A DNA stretch of 64,000 nucleotides, taken from positions 1,536,001 through 1,600,000 of the forward strand of contig CP166615.1 of assembly GCA_041937175.2 (NCBI GenBank), read 5' to 3'. Source of the DNA: Limnothrix sp. BL-A-16. Lineage in GTDB: Bacteria; Cyanobacteriota; Cyanobacteriia; CACIAM-69d. Numbering within the stretch: the first letter of the stretch is position 1; the number at the start of each line of letters is the position of its first letter. The position numbers and the translations under genes were made by a program. Below, piece by piece: positions 30,232 through 40,877 of the stretch. The notes beneath the pieces were generated by a model. It was given only the letters and a program-made list of their open reading frames with translations, was not told where the DNA came from and did not search any database.

Positions 30232-30963
30232 ATGAAATATTTTGTACCGAACCTCAAGCTCAGTGCCGATCTACCGCCTCAAAATCAGTTAGAAGATAAG
30301 CTGGGGGGACTCCCTTGGGGCCTGCCGCCAGACCAGTATCCAATCTGTAGTCATTGCGGAAAAAGTCAGTCCCTTTTGGCACAACTCATTCACCACCCAG
30401 AGCGACTAGATTTGGGGCGATCGGGTCGTGTGCTGCTCGTTTTTCAATGCAATCACGATCCGGGCACATGCCCCACCTGGGAAGGGGGATCAGGAGCCAA
30501 CGCCTGTTTAATTCTGGATCCGGAAGTATTGTCCGATCGGCTCGTGCCCATGCCGGCCGACTCACCGCCGCTAGAGTTGGAAGCCCGAATTACGACCTGG
30601 ATTCCCAAAAAAGATGCGGTGACCAAGAATCAAAAACCAGCATTTTTTGATGATGATCAATATTGGGACTTGCCCGATGCTGCCACCGACAGCGTTGGTT
30701 TTATGACCAAGTTAGGCAGCGTTCCGGCATGGTTGCAAAGCCCGAGTGAAGCCCCAGGGGAAGGCTGGGTTTTTGTGGGTCAACTCAGTGATTCATACCA
30801 ATTTTTAGAGCAGCCCACTAGTCCAATCGATATTTTTTGGGATGAATCAGAAAATACTTGGATTTGCGAGGGGCCGAACTTTGGTGATGGTGGCATTGGC
30901 TATATTTTTCTGCGATTTGGTGCGGATCAACCTGAAGGTTGGTTCTTTTGGCAATGTGGTTGA
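30232..30963 (+). CDS. YwqG/DUF1963-like hypothetical protein
   Basis: KLGGLP, CSHC...LAQL, KLGSVPAWLQ, NFGDGGIGYIF, FFWQC. Confidence 0.65.
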   Translation: MKYFVPNLKLSADLPPQNQLEDKLGGLPWGLPPDQYPICSHCGKSQSLLAQLIHHPERLDLGRSGRVLLVFQCNHDPGTCPTWEGGSGANACLILDPEVLSDRLVPMPADSPPLELEARITTWIPKKDAVTKNQKPAFFDDDQYWDLPDAATDSVGFMTKLGSVPAWLQSPSEAPGEGWVFVGQLSDSYQFLEQPTSPIDIFWDESENTWICEGPNFGDGGIGYIFLRFGADQPEGWFFWQCG

Positions 30964-31016
30964 GGGTGGGTCGCAGAAAATAGCCTTGATCTTGCTGAAT
31001 CAGTTAGCGTTCTGAC

Positions 31017-31607
31017 TCATGCTGAAGAGTCGGCGGCTGGGGTGAGGTTGAGACCGCGATAGATCTGTTCGATCGGGAATTGCAAATCAATGCTTTTCAG
31101 GGCGATCGTGTCACCGGCTTGATAGTTCAAAATCAGCCAATCGCCTGCTTCATTCTTGTGGTACAAATCTACGGCGATGCTGGTGGAACTGACTAATAGA
31201 TAGTCGATCAGCATGGGGTTTTGGCGATAGCGGCGGAATTTTTGACCGCGATCGTAGGCTTCGGTGCTTTCGGATAGCACTTCGACAATTAGGCAGGGAT
31301 AGGTGATGTATTGGCTGCTGGTTTTGTCGCGATCGTCGCAACTGACGCTGGCATCGGGATAGGTGTAATCTTTGCTTCCCAGGATATTCACCCTAACGTC
31401 AGAGTTACCGGTGATACACTTGCGATCGCCCAAATGGACATCAAACAAACCAGTTAACCGAATGGCAATGCGACCATGGTTAACACTGCCACCGCCCATG
31501 GCATAGACTTGACCATCAATCAGCTCATATTTTTCGAGTTGCTGTTCTTCCCAAAGGAAATATTCTTCTGGCGTAAAGAAGTGATGGTTATCTCTGGCGG
31601 CAATCAT
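31017..31607 (-). CDS. Uma2 family PD-(D/E)XK endonuclease-like protein
   Basis: YELIDG, YPDASV, IVEVLSESTEAYDRGQKF. Confidence 0.92.
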   Translation of the reverse strand: MIAARDNHHFFTPEEYFLWEEQQLEKYELIDGQVYAMGGGSVNHGRIAIRLTGLFDVHLGDRKCITGNSDVRVNILGSKDYTYPDASVSCDDRDKTSSQYITYPCLIVEVLSESTEAYDRGQKFRRYRQNPMLIDYLLVSSTSIAVDLYHKNEAGDWLILNYQAGDTIALKSIDLQFPIEQIYRGLNLTPAADSSA

Positions 31608-31677
31608 AACTTACCCCTTACCAATCAGGCTAAAAATTCTGAAGAAAAGCCATCTTCTAGGTTGATTCTAGAAGTTC

Positions 31678-32853
31678 TTACAATCCGTCTTCCTCTATTT
31701 GTAAGTCGCGCAAAGAGTACCTTCTTTCAGGTGATTTGTCAGACCTTTCAATGACTTCTGCAATTACAGGACGATTAACCATTGGCCCAACTCGGTCATC
31801 AATTTCATCTCCAGCACCATATATTTTCTGCGACTTTCCATCAATACTGATTTCAATCCAGTCGTCGTCCAAATGTAGATTGCGCAGAACTCCTTTGAGA
31901 GTTGTAATTCTAGACTCTGGAAGCTCTGAAGGTTGAGGCGCAGATTTATTTAAAGCCTCTTTAATTACTGAACGAGTTTCGGGCAGGAGAACTACAGGAT
32001 ATTGCTCATCACTAATGTTCGACTTAATCTCAATTTGGCTAAAGATTTTTCCTGTTGTCGGTGGTGCAAGGTCATGAGCTGATTTCAGAAATGCTTTTCG
32101 ATAATCTTCTTGAGGAATAAGCTCTACTAACTCACCCTCAGGGTCTTGGGTTGCTGCACGAATAACAGTGAGGAATCGTTTTGTAATTTGTTCCACACGA
32201 AGTTCAAGATCAGCAGCGGATATCCCAGGAATACTCAAGCTTAGCTGCTCATGAGTCTGAGGTTTGCGGACTTGAACTGAGAACTGATAACTACCTGGCA
32301 CAGATTGGAAAAGCCAAGGATCGCAATATTTTTTGACATCTTGCGTCGGACCTCCACGCTTGCGAAGGGGAAGACCTAAGAGTTCTTCCGTTATTCTATA
32401 AAGGTCTTTATTGATTTGATCAACTTTTCGAAGAACAAGATCTAAGGGAGCAGCACCATACAAGATATCACCCCCCTTTACAGAGACAAGCACCTCGCCT
32501 TCAATAAATTCAATTCCCGATTGTAGGCGCGATTCTTCGAAACGGATAACCTGCAGTAGTTCTTCCAATTCGTCTACTGCAAAGTTAGGGAGGAGATCAG
32601 TTGCCAGCCACTTGTGAGCCAGCTTTCTGGCTTGTGAAAATTCTTGAGCTTTGAGGTAAAGAGAAACAGCACTAATGGCTGTTATGCCAATTGTTCTGAT
32701 TTTGCTAGAGTCGAGCTGATCCAGGGCGTTTACTTCTGCATTTGCAGCCAGACGATAAAATTCAGTAGCATGCTTACTCTCATGCTGTCTGCGCAATTCT
32801 TCAGCTTGGCTTGCATACTCTTCACTTTGAGTATGGTGAACTAACCAACTCAT
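31678..32853 (-). CDS. Hypothetical protein (391 aa), AT-rich
   Basis: Long ORF with an ATGA overlap to its upstream partner; no recognisable catalytic motif. Confidence 0.8.
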   Translation of the reverse strand: MSWLVHHTQSEEYASQAEELRRQHESKHATEFYRLAANAEVNALDQLDSSKIRTIGITAISAVSLYLKAQEFSQARKLAHKWLATDLLPNFAVDELEELLQVIRFEESRLQSGIEFIEGEVLVSVKGGDILYGAAPLDLVLRKVDQINKDLYRITEELLGLPLRKRGGPTQDVKKYCDPWLFQSVPGSYQFSVQVRKPQTHEQLSLSIPGISAADLELRVEQITKRFLTVIRAATQDPEGELVELIPQEDYRKAFLKSAHDLAPPTTGKIFSQIEIKSNISDEQYPVVLLPETRSVIKEALNKSAPQPSELPESRITTLKGVLRNLHLDDDWIEISIDGKSQKIYGAGDEIDDRVGPMVNRPVIAEVIERSDKSPERRYSLRDLQIEEDGL

Positions 32854-33413
32854 GATTTTCCATCAACTGTTTGAAGTAGTATTAACTGCACCCGAAATCC
32901 AACCACTGCTGCTAATGCAGGTAAATTACTGTTACCCTGCCTTGCTTGCTCAAGCTTAACTCGTAATCGCTTTTTGACTTCCGACTTATCTGAATGTGTC
33001 CCAGAAACTTCTAGTCGAAAACAACTCTCTAAGTCTTCTAGATCTTGGTCTGATGATGCGATATAGTAATCAGCGCCAGTACGTGTTTCTGCACGTCGCA
33101 CAGCAACCATCCCTCGTAAAAGCTCTGTAGCTGCGATTGCAACAGCATAAGCTCCATCCCTGGTCGCATCATCTACATTTGCCCAAGCTGCTTGAACTCT
33201 ACTATCTGTTACTTCCCATTCTACTTTCGCCACAGATTCTGCCTGATCGTCTCCCAAGGTAAATTCCTTAGGAGAAATATGATGTCGGTCAAGACACACC
33301 CTTGCAGCTTCAAGATAGCTGCCGGCTACCGAAGGGGTAAGAGCTTGATGGCGATCAGCCATATTTTGCAAGGGAAGAAGAGGTGGATTATTTTCAGTCA
33401 AGATGATTTCCAA
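32850..33413 (-). CDS. Hypothetical protein (187 aa), possible restriction-endonuclease fold
   Basis: TGADYYI...RLEVSG pattern resembles a PD-(D/E)XK core. Start is uncertain. Confidence 0.7.
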   Translation of the reverse strand: MEIILTENNPPLLPLQNMADRHQALTPSVAGSYLEAARVCLDRHHISPKEFTLGDDQAESVAKVEWEVTDSRVQAAWANVDDATRDGAYAVAIAATELLRGMVAVRRAETRTGADYYIASSDQDLEDLESCFRLEVSGTHSDKSEVKKRLRVKLEQARQGNSNLPALAAVVGFRVQLILLQTVDGKS

Positions 33414-33595
33414 AAAAATGGGGAGTGAATTCGCACTACCAAGTAGTCTAATATGCCTGACCTACTCAAAACATATTCAGAAGTATAGAAATTCGTGAAG
33501 TGATGTAATTGTTCCCACGTATAGAAAAATTTTCTTTGATCTGGCTTTTAAGTACGCAAGTCTAGCAATGATCGTCCACCATTAAACATCATCCT

Positions 33596-34126
33596 TTAAG
33601 GTTTGGCGGGTGAGGCGGGGTTGATCGCGAGTCGATCGCCCACTTTTAGACCTAACTGAGCCGATCGCCCTGCTGGTAATTCCAACACCGCATCCACCCA
33701 CAGATTCGGGCCATAACTCGGGCAGGGATCCTCGCGGCATGGCGGCACATTCGCCTCGATCGCCACCACACGCCCCTCCCGCAAAAACACCATATCCAAC
33801 GGGATCAGCGTGTTTTTCATCCAAAACCGCGCTAACCGAGCTTGCTCAAAGGGAAATAACATCCCTCGACCCGGAGCCAACGATCGCCGAAACATCAGCC
33901 CGATCGCCTGTTGCTCCGGCGTGCGAGCCACCTCCAACAAAATCTCCTGAGTCCCGATTGTGGTGCGCGCCTCGATCGGCAACTGCTGCCCGCCCGGCTC
34001 TGGTTGGCTCGCCTCCAACGGTGCACAGGCCATCAGCCCGATCGCCCCCAACACCAGGAGCGATCGCGCCAATTTGTGAGCCACCGCACCAAACAGACCA
34101 GGTTGATCGGGCGATCTCAGCGTCAT
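33596..34126 (-). CDS. DUF192 family protein, probable lipoprotein
   Basis: LEVARTPEQQAIGLMFR, GMLFPF, FWMKNTLIPLDMVF, VLELPAG; lipobox-like LMAC. Confidence 0.92.
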   Translation of the reverse strand: MTLRSPDQPGLFGAVAHKLARSLLVLGAIGLMACAPLEASQPEPGGQQLPIEARTTIGTQEILLEVARTPEQQAIGLMFRRSLAPGRGMLFPFEQARLARFWMKNTLIPLDMVFLREGRVVAIEANVPPCREDPCPSYGPNLWVDAVLELPAGRSAQLGLKVGDRLAINPASPAKP

Positions 34127-34152
34127 AACTTCAGAGCCAATCCTTGAGCGTC

Positions 34153-34824
34153 CTAGACACTCAATAATGCAGCCGTCATCGCTTGGAACAGCGCCAACCC
34201 GTCCGTATTGCCCAGCGCCGCATCGGCCGCCCGCTCCGGGTGGGGCATCATCCCCAGAACGTTGCCCCGATCGTTGCAGAGGCCCGCGATTTGGTTCAAC
34301 GAGCCATTCGGGTTGCTGCCCTCATAGCGGAACAGCACTTGGCCCTTGTCCTCAATCTCCTTCAGGGTGTCCGGATCGGCATAGTAGCGACCCTCCCCGT
34401 GGGCGATCGGTAGGTTCAGCACTTGCCCCGCCGCGTAGCTCTCCGTCCACAGGCGGGCGCTGCGTTCCACCTTCACAGCCACCCGATCGCACACAAAGTG
34501 CAAATTCTCGTTGCGAATCAGGGCCCCCGGCAGCAGCCCCGCTTCCGTGAGGATTTGGAACCCGTTGCACACGCCCAAAACCGGCTTGCCCTGATCCGCC
34601 GATTCAATCACCGATCGCATGGCCGGCGAGAACCGGGCGATCGCCCCGCAGCGCAAATAGTCGCCATAGCTGAAACCGCCGGGAATCACAATTGCATCAA
34701 GATCGCTCAGGTCGCTGTCTTGGTGCCAAACCATGCGCGTGGGCAGGCCCAATAGCCCCTGAAACACCCACTGCATATCCCGATCGCAATTGGAACCCGG
34801 AAAAACGATAACGCCAACTTTCAT
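34153..34824 (-). CDS. purQ: Phosphoribosylformylglycinamidine synthase subunit PurQ
   Basis: [35 protein letters not shown]. Confidence 0.98.
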   Translation of the reverse strand: MKVGVIVFPGSNCDRDMQWVFQGLLGLPTRMVWHQDSDLSDLDAIVIPGGFSYGDYLRCGAIARFSPAMRSVIESADQGKPVLGVCNGFQILTEAGLLPGALIRNENLHFVCDRVAVKVERSARLWTESYAAGQVLNLPIAHGEGRYYADPDTLKEIEDKGQVLFRYEGSNPNGSLNQIAGLCNDRGNVLGMMPHPERAADAALGNTDGLALFQAMTAALLSV

Positions 34825-34887
34825 GGACTGGAGCAAACCCGCGACTTGCGCTCCTATCCTATCGTGCGATCGGTTAACTTTAGTTTC

Positions 34888-36384
34888 ATGCTCCTAACCG
34901 CTGACGATCTACTCTTTTTTCAGCGCTGCCCCCGGCGCGTCTTTTTGGATTTCTATGGCGATCCCAGTCGGCGCGCCCCCACCGCCGGTTTTATCCAAAA
35001 ACTCCATGACGAGAGCGATCGCCACAAGCGCGATGCGGCCCAGCAAGTTGCCGAAAAGCTGGAACTCGAACCCGTGCGGCCGCAGTTTCGCCGGGGCGAT
35101 CGGGAGGCGGGCGCGGCGGCCACCTTGGCGCTGATGGAAGCGGGGGCGGGGTTGATTGTGGGTGGCCTGTTGCGGGTCGAGGAAATCCCCGGCGTGGAGC
35201 TGGTGGGCCATCCCGATTTATTGGTGAAACGGCCGGGCCAGTCGGCCTTTGGCGATTGGATCTATGAGCCGGTGGATATTCGATTGGGCAAGAAGCCGAA
35301 GCTGGAATATCAACTGGTGGCGGCGCTCCATGCGGACTTGTTGACGATGATTCAGGGGGCGGCTCCGGCCAAGGCGGGCGTGATTTTGCGCGGGCGATCG
35401 CCCCATTGGGTGGACTTGCGGACGCGGCTGAAACAGGTGCAAGATTTGCTGGCGAACTTGATCGACCAACTGATGGAGGACGATCGGGAGCCGGAGCTGT
35501 TCATTTCCCGCAACCGCTGTTCCCTCTGCCATTGGGTGGGGGACTGCACCGATCGGGCACGGCAAACCAAGCACCTGTCGCTGATCCCCGGTGTGACTCC
35601 CGCCCGCTACCGGGTGTTGGAGCGACTGAAGATCCAGACGATCGAGCAGTTGGCGGCCACACCGGTCGATCGGCTCCAAGCATTTCCCGAGTTCGACGGT
35701 GCGGCGGAGGCGGTGTTGCTGCAAACCCGCGCCACCTTGACCCAGCAACCGATCGCCCTGGCCGTTCGTGAGGCTTGGTCGCCCGATCGCCTACCCGTTG
35801 CCCCGGTGGAACTCTATTTCGACATCGAAGCGGAGCCGGATATTTCTCTGGATTATTTGTTAGGGGTGTTGGTGGTGGATCGATCGCAACCGGAGCCGAC
35901 CTTTCACCGATTTCTAGCAGAAACTCCCGAGGATGAGCAGCGAATTTGGGGGGAATTTTTGGCGCTGGTCGATCGCTACCCGACCGCACCAATTTTCCAC
36001 TTTTGTGAGTATGAGCGGGATGCGAGCAAGCGCCTGGCCAAGCTCTACGGGTTAAGTGCTCAGCGGCTGGAATCCCTGCTCGATCGGTTTGTGGATGTCC
36101 ATGCTTGGGTGACGCAAACGGTGGTGTTGCCGGTGGAAGGCTATGCCCTGAAGCAAATCGCGGGCTATTTGGGGTTTGAGTGGCGCGATCGCACGGCCAA
36201 TGGCTCCCAAGCGGTCTATTGGTACGATAAGTGGCTGAAAACGGGCGATCGTTCCTATTTAGAGGCGATCGTCACTTACAACGAGGACGATTGTTTGGCC
36301 ACCTATCGGGTCAAACATTGGCTCGAACAATTCCATCAACAGCAATTAGAACTGCGATCAGAACTCGTTGATCTAGCGGTGTAG
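34888..36384 (+). CDS. TM0106 family RecB-like putative nuclease with a C-terminal RNase H-like domain
   Basis: [40 protein letters not shown]. Confidence 0.9.
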   Translation: MLLTADDLLFFQRCPRRVFLDFYGDPSRRAPTAGFIQKLHDESDRHKRDAAQQVAEKLELEPVRPQFRRGDREAGAAATLALMEAGAGLIVGGLLRVEEIPGVELVGHPDLLVKRPGQSAFGDWIYEPVDIRLGKKPKLEYQLVAALHADLLTMIQGAAPAKAGVILRGRSPHWVDLRTRLKQVQDLLANLIDQLMEDDREPELFISRNRCSLCHWVGDCTDRARQTKHLSLIPGVTPARYRVLERLKIQTIEQLAATPVDRLQAFPEFDGAAEAVLLQTRATLTQQPIALAVREAWSPDRLPVAPVELYFDIEAEPDISLDYLLGVLVVDRSQPEPTFHRFLAETPEDEQRIWGEFLALVDRYPTAPIFHFCEYERDASKRLAKLYGLSAQRLESLLDRFVDVHAWVTQTVVLPVEGYALKQIAGYLGFEWRDRTANGSQAVYWYDKWLKTGDRSYLEAIVTYNEDDCLATYRVKHWLEQFHQQQLELRSELVDLAV

Positions 36385-36416
36385 AAACTATCGCAGTGAG
36401 CCAGTGATGACCATGC

Positions 36417-39400
36417 CTATCTTGACTGAAAAGAGTTAGGCCACGAGTAGGTCTCTTGCTTCACGGCCTCATAATTAACATTCAATTGGGGTTCCAAGAA
36501 CAACAGGGCTGCAATCCGCCGAGCCATGTTGCTAACTTCCTGAACTTCTTCTCGTTTCAAGGGACGGCCAAGCAACGGCTCTTCTCGATAACTCAGCCAT
36601 TTTTTAATGACTTGATATCCCCCGATCGTATAATTCCACACGCGATCGGGAATATTTTTCCAGTAAGCAACATCATTCAAATAAATGTCATAGGTCATGG
36701 ATCCCAGGACAGATTGATCAGAGTCATTCAGCCGCTCCTGAAATTTGCCCTCTCCAGGCATAATTGCTCCCTTTTTCAAATATCCCCACCCACCCAATAG
36801 GGCTAAATCAGTCTCCGGATTCAATTGACCACCACCCACCTTAGAGATCACGGCAATGCTGCGTAAATGAGGATCAAGCTTCCCAGTTGTTATGCCATCA
36901 ACCTTTGTTTCTGTATCCAAATAACTGGCGATTTGCCGACCTAGGCTTGCAGAAGCCAGCAATAGTTCTCGGCTCTTAGGGAGCGGAATTCTTGGCCAGT
37001 TTTGTTGAATTCCATCAGCATTCTCTTGTAAATAAGTCGATGAGTATCCGATCGCCAAGGTGTGCATCCAAATCAACTGAGAAGTTTCAGCATCATGGTC
37101 AGGGTTTGGCAATCCTAAATCGGCTAAGTATTGACGAGCAGGATCAGAAAGATTTGCAAAGGGCTGATCAACTTCGGGTTTTTCGTCCAAAAAATTTAAG
37201 ATGCTTAACTGCTGTTGACGACGCAGCCTCGCTCCATTCATTAATTGCAACGGGAAATAGTAGGCATGACCTTTTAGAGAATCATTATCTCCAAGCAAGC
37301 GAGTAAAAAAGAATGGGTAACCTTCTGGACTGGCTACTCCGGCAGGTCGAGTCACTAAAAAGGAGTTGCCAGGCCAACATTGTTTCCAAAGAAAAGGACG
37401 CGGCTCATTCCAAATTGGTCGAGTTCCTGTGTAATAGCACCATCGAACTTCAAAAGGGCGAATAGAGTAACGAATTAAGTGACGTGACCGAAATCGTTCG
37501 ATTAATAACACTTTTTTCCTGGTTACTTTAGGATTAAACCGAGATTGTGGCTTGACAAGCCCATAGTTGAGTGACTTGTAAGCTTCCCAATCTAAATCGG
37601 GATTGAAATAGGCTTGCATCCGTTGTTCTAAAGCATCCTGATCAATATCAATCAATGCACCACTCCGCTTCTCCATCAATCCATTACTGGGGGAAACGGC
37701 ACAAAAATCACGAACTTTCGCCCACTCTAGATAATGCGGCTCAATTTTAGCAGGATAGAACGAGAACCGAGTTTCACGAATCGGATGGGTGATAGTGTAT
37801 TGTTTAGCGAAATTCTTCGCCTGCAAACTCTTCAGCAGATCTTCCCGCTTATTAACACCCCAAAAATGTCGGAAGCGCGTCACAGGTTTTGGGCTTTGCA
37901 AGCCTGTTTGGATCATCAGGGCGATCGCAGTACCTTTTTTGATACCTTCACGGTTGTAATGTGTTGAAAAAATGGAAGGATCAGGTTCGCCTTCTGGTGT
38001 AAGCTTTTTAGTTTCACGGCTATCACCATTCAAACAATCAATCCATAGCTGATCAAACGTTTGGAGAAATTGCTGGCGCATCACCACATAGGATGGATAT
38101 CTCAAATAGGAGAAATTTGAGATAAAACAAACTACACCCCTAGGGATTGCTTGCTTAGAAATACAACACTCAGCGACTCGAAAAAATCGGACATAAAGAT
38201 CATCTAAGTTGAATTTCTTGATGCCCCACTGATCAATCAGTCCTTTTTTATAAACTTCAACCAGCCCTTCTTCTTCCTTAGGACTCACACCGGCATAGGC
38301 ATTGTAGGGAGGATTTCCCAACACAACTAAAATGGGTTTACCTCGTTTAATTTCATCAGCCGCTTCTCGTTCTGCTTGCAATTCAGGATAGTTGATCGTT
38401 AATTGCTGAAATTTTTGTTTTGTTACATCATTCGGCGGCTCCCAGCCTGTCAGTGCATTGGTTAGATATACACCCACCCGTTCGCGATCGCCCTGCAACG
38501 ATGCACCCATGCTTTGCAATACGAGTCCCAGTTGCAAATGAGCCACAACGAATGGAGCCGTTAGGATTTCAAATCCAAAGACGCGATTTTTAGCCGCTTC
38601 TTTGAGATCAATCCCCACCAGAGCATTATCTCCTTTCTCGATTAAGGTTTGATGAATTCGCTTCAAAACCTCAACTAAAAATGCTCCAGTTCCACAGCAA
38701 GGATCAAGAATATAAACATTCTCATCAGCCAACCCATCTACAATGCCAAGTTCTTCCCTGAGAGCCGTATCAACCCTCGCCACCATGTATTGCACAATTT
38801 CTGGTGGCGTATACCAAACGCCCAGATCCTTGCGTAATTTCGGATCAAAAGCCTTCAAAAAGGGTTCATAGAAATATTGAACGGCTTGCCCTTCATCAAA
38901 TTGAGTAAAGAAAGCGGCACGATCGACTCGGTTCAGCACCTCTCCAGCCCAATCCAGCACTTCAACCAAATCTAAGCGGCCCAAGTTCGTGGGTGTCGCT
39001 ACTTTTTCAAACAAAGCTTTAACCATTGGGACATGGAGCGACCAAGCGGCTGTTTGCCAATCAAAGTAACCGCGCCTTGCCCCCTGCTTATGCCACAAAA
39101 CCCAAGCCGAAAAAATTCCGTAAAACAGTGTCTGAATCAGTGTTGATTTAAAAAAGTGATCCCCTTTTTGATCTTGAAACTGAATCCCTAAAGCATCTTC
39201 TAAAGCAGTACGAACTGCTTTTAACGCAGGAAGATCAGACTTGCCAATTCTCGCCCTTGCATCCTTAGCATAGGATGCTAAAAACCAGGCTAAGTCTTGA
39301 GGAGAGGTGATTACTGCTTTTTGCAGCATCACGCGCTTTAAATATTCATTAATTTGCTCTTCATGCTCTTGAGCAAATGCGCGAGGATTTTGTGCTTTTT

Positions 39401-39854
39401 GCCAAAATTCTTTTTCATTGGCAGCTAGCCGATAGGTTTCCAATGTAATAGGTTGACCGTTACTATCCTGTCCAATCAAAACAAAATCACGATAGTTGGT
39501 CACTAAAACTTGTCGATACTTATCCCAATATTTGGCTACTTGCTGAGTGGCTGATGTCACCCAGGCATCATCTCCGGTGCTCTTAACCTCGATCACCCCT
39601 CGCTCTGGATTTTGTGGATCGCTTGGTTGTTCACCCAGTTGGCGCTGATATTGCCGTGCCGTGAACAGACCACCATCGGGCATCCCCGCTCCCAGATTTT
39701 TGAGCTGCATGAAACAGCGAACTTTAGGTTTTAGTGTTCCCCCGATCGCATTGAGTAAGTTGACTAATGGAGTGTAATAGGAGGTTTCTTTGACAGTCGC
39801 TCCTGTTGCACGAATATCTCTTAACTCTTGGATATATTGTTCAAAGTGTCCCAT
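36417..39854 (-). CDS. Single-chain restriction-modification enzyme (Type IIG-like; N6-adenine MTase with an ISP/LlaBIII-like specificity domain)
   Basis: N-terminal PDGG...IEVK nuclease; GVWYTPPEIV, LDPCCGTGAF, GNPPY; C-terminal WNYTIGGYQVIKKWLSYR. Confidence 0.88.
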   Translation of the reverse strand: MGHFEQYIQELRDIRATGATVKETSYYTPLVNLLNAIGGTLKPKVRCFMQLKNLGAGMPDGGLFTARQYQRQLGEQPSDPQNPERGVIEVKSTGDDAWVTSATQQVAKYWDKYRQVLVTNYRDFVLIGQDSNGQPITLETYRLAANEKEFWQKAQNPRAFAQEHEEQINEYLKRVMLQKAVITSPQDLAWFLASYAKDARARIGKSDLPALKAVRTALEDALGIQFQDQKGDHFFKSTLIQTLFYGIFSAWVLWHKQGARRGYFDWQTAAWSLHVPMVKALFEKVATPTNLGRLDLVEVLDWAGEVLNRVDRAAFFTQFDEGQAVQYFYEPFLKAFDPKLRKDLGVWYTPPEIVQYMVARVDTALREELGIVDGLADENVYILDPCCGTGAFLVEVLKRIHQTLIEKGDNALVGIDLKEAAKNRVFGFEILTAPFVVAHLQLGLVLQSMGASLQGDRERVGVYLTNALTGWEPPNDVTKQKFQQLTINYPELQAEREAADEIKRGKPILVVLGNPPYNAYAGVSPKEEEGLVEVYKKGLIDQWGIKKFNLDDLYVRFFRVAECCISKQAIPRGVVCFISNFSYLRYPSYVVMRQQFLQTFDQLWIDCLNGDSRETKKLTPEGEPDPSIFSTHYNREGIKKGTAIALMIQTGLQSPKPVTRFRHFWGVNKREDLLKSLQAKNFAKQYTITHPIRETRFSFYPAKIEPHYLEWAKVRDFCAVSPSNGLMEKRSGALIDIDQDALEQRMQAYFNPDLDWEAYKSLNYGLVKPQSRFNPKVTRKKVLLIERFRSRHLIRYSIRPFEVRWCYYTGTRPIWNEPRPFLWKQCWPGNSFLVTRPAGVASPEGYPFFFTRLLGDNDSLKGHAYYFPLQLMNGARLRRQQQLSILNFLDEKPEVDQPFANLSDPARQYLADLGLPNPDHDAETSQLIWMHTLAIGYSSTYLQENADGIQQNWPRIPLPKSRELLLASASLGRQIASYLDTETKVDGITTGKLDPHLRSIAVISKVGGGQLNPETDLALLGGWGYLKKGAIMPGEGKFQERLNDSDQSVLGSMTYDIYLNDVAYWKNIPDRVWNYTIGGYQVIKKWLSYREEPLLGRPLKREEVQEVSNMARRIAALLFLEPQLNVNYEAVKQETYSWPNSFQSR

Positions 39855-40103
39855 GTCGATCAAGTTTCCGTAGTTAAAGTTGATGATTTGATATTAAAGC
39901 CCTTACCTCACTTAATAAGTACAGCGGACTGTAGGGTGAGCAATGTCCACCGACTAACAGCTTCGTATCATCTGCGATCTGACGTACCAATCGTTTGAGG
40001 TAAAGCCTGTAATTAGAGTTGATATTGATTTTTAAAGGTTAAGAATTCCGAGGATATTCAACACAAAACAAAATGAGAAGATACCAAAGTCTTTCTGTCC
40101 AAG

Positions 40104-40715
40104 CTAATTCATTTTAGAACACTGAAGACTCGTGGCGAAAATCCAGTCGATCGCCCCCATCAGCTCAGACAATCGATCGAGTGTGTAGCCCGTCGGGTGT
40201 TTTGTGAAGGTTTCCCCGTACAGCCGCCCAAATTCCCATAACTTCCCGTTGGACACCATGCCAAACAACGGGCGATCGCCCTCTTGGTTCAACCGTTGCG
40301 CCGCCCACAGCTCCGCCAAACATTGACCCCAGCCCGCCTCAAAATCATCCCGCTTGGCCTCAACCACAATCAAATAGGGCTGCTCAAACACTACCTTTCC
40401 TCGGGGCGATCGCCTAGCCACCACATAATCCGGCGTACCCGATAGCTCATCGCTGTAGCGCAGCGGTTGATGACTCCAAATCAGCAACTCACCCACATAC
40501 GATCGCCACACTTCCGTCAAAATGGGCGAGATAATATTTTCGCAAATTGCATATTCCGAATTGAAAACCATCCCTTCGGTCAAAACCAGTTGCAAGCGAT
40601 CTATAAAGCTGGGATCGATCGCTAGGGCATGATGTTCAAGGAAAGATGCTTCCTGATAAGTCATCGGGAACTCTGCCAAAACATCCGCGACGGTTTTGTA
40701 CTGTGTGAATGACAT
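40104..40715 (-). CDS. PD-(D/E)XK nuclease-like protein (HsdR-N-like cyanobacterial family)
   Basis: LSGTPDYVV...IVVEAKRDD...GQCLAEL...GMVSNGKLWEF. Confidence 0.8.
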   Translation of the reverse strand: MSFTQYKTVADVLAEFPMTYQEASFLEHHALAIDPSFIDRLQLVLTEGMVFNSEYAICENIISPILTEVWRSYVGELLIWSHQPLRYSDELSGTPDYVVARRSPRGKVVFEQPYLIVVEAKRDDFEAGWGQCLAELWAAQRLNQEGDRPLFGMVSNGKLWEFGRLYGETFTKHPTGYTLDRLSELMGAIDWIFATSLQCSKMN

Positions 40716-40877
40716 GATTAGGATTGAAATTGGATGGAATTTTAGAATCAGGAAAGTGCTTTTAGAATTTTGGTTTAATACAATAAATTTCCCGATCGAT
40801 GATTGAGAACTCAACCACCGTATCGGGAATTATCTGGAGCTGAATGATCACTGGGGCAACCCGCTTGACGGATTTTG

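Noticed and set aside
39900..40006. Possible small element TTACCTCA...TGAGGTAA enclosing a decayed REP-like GTAGGGTGAGCAATGTCCACCGAC
   Set aside because: Only an 8-bp exact inverted repeat, a single copy in the window and no clear target duplication.
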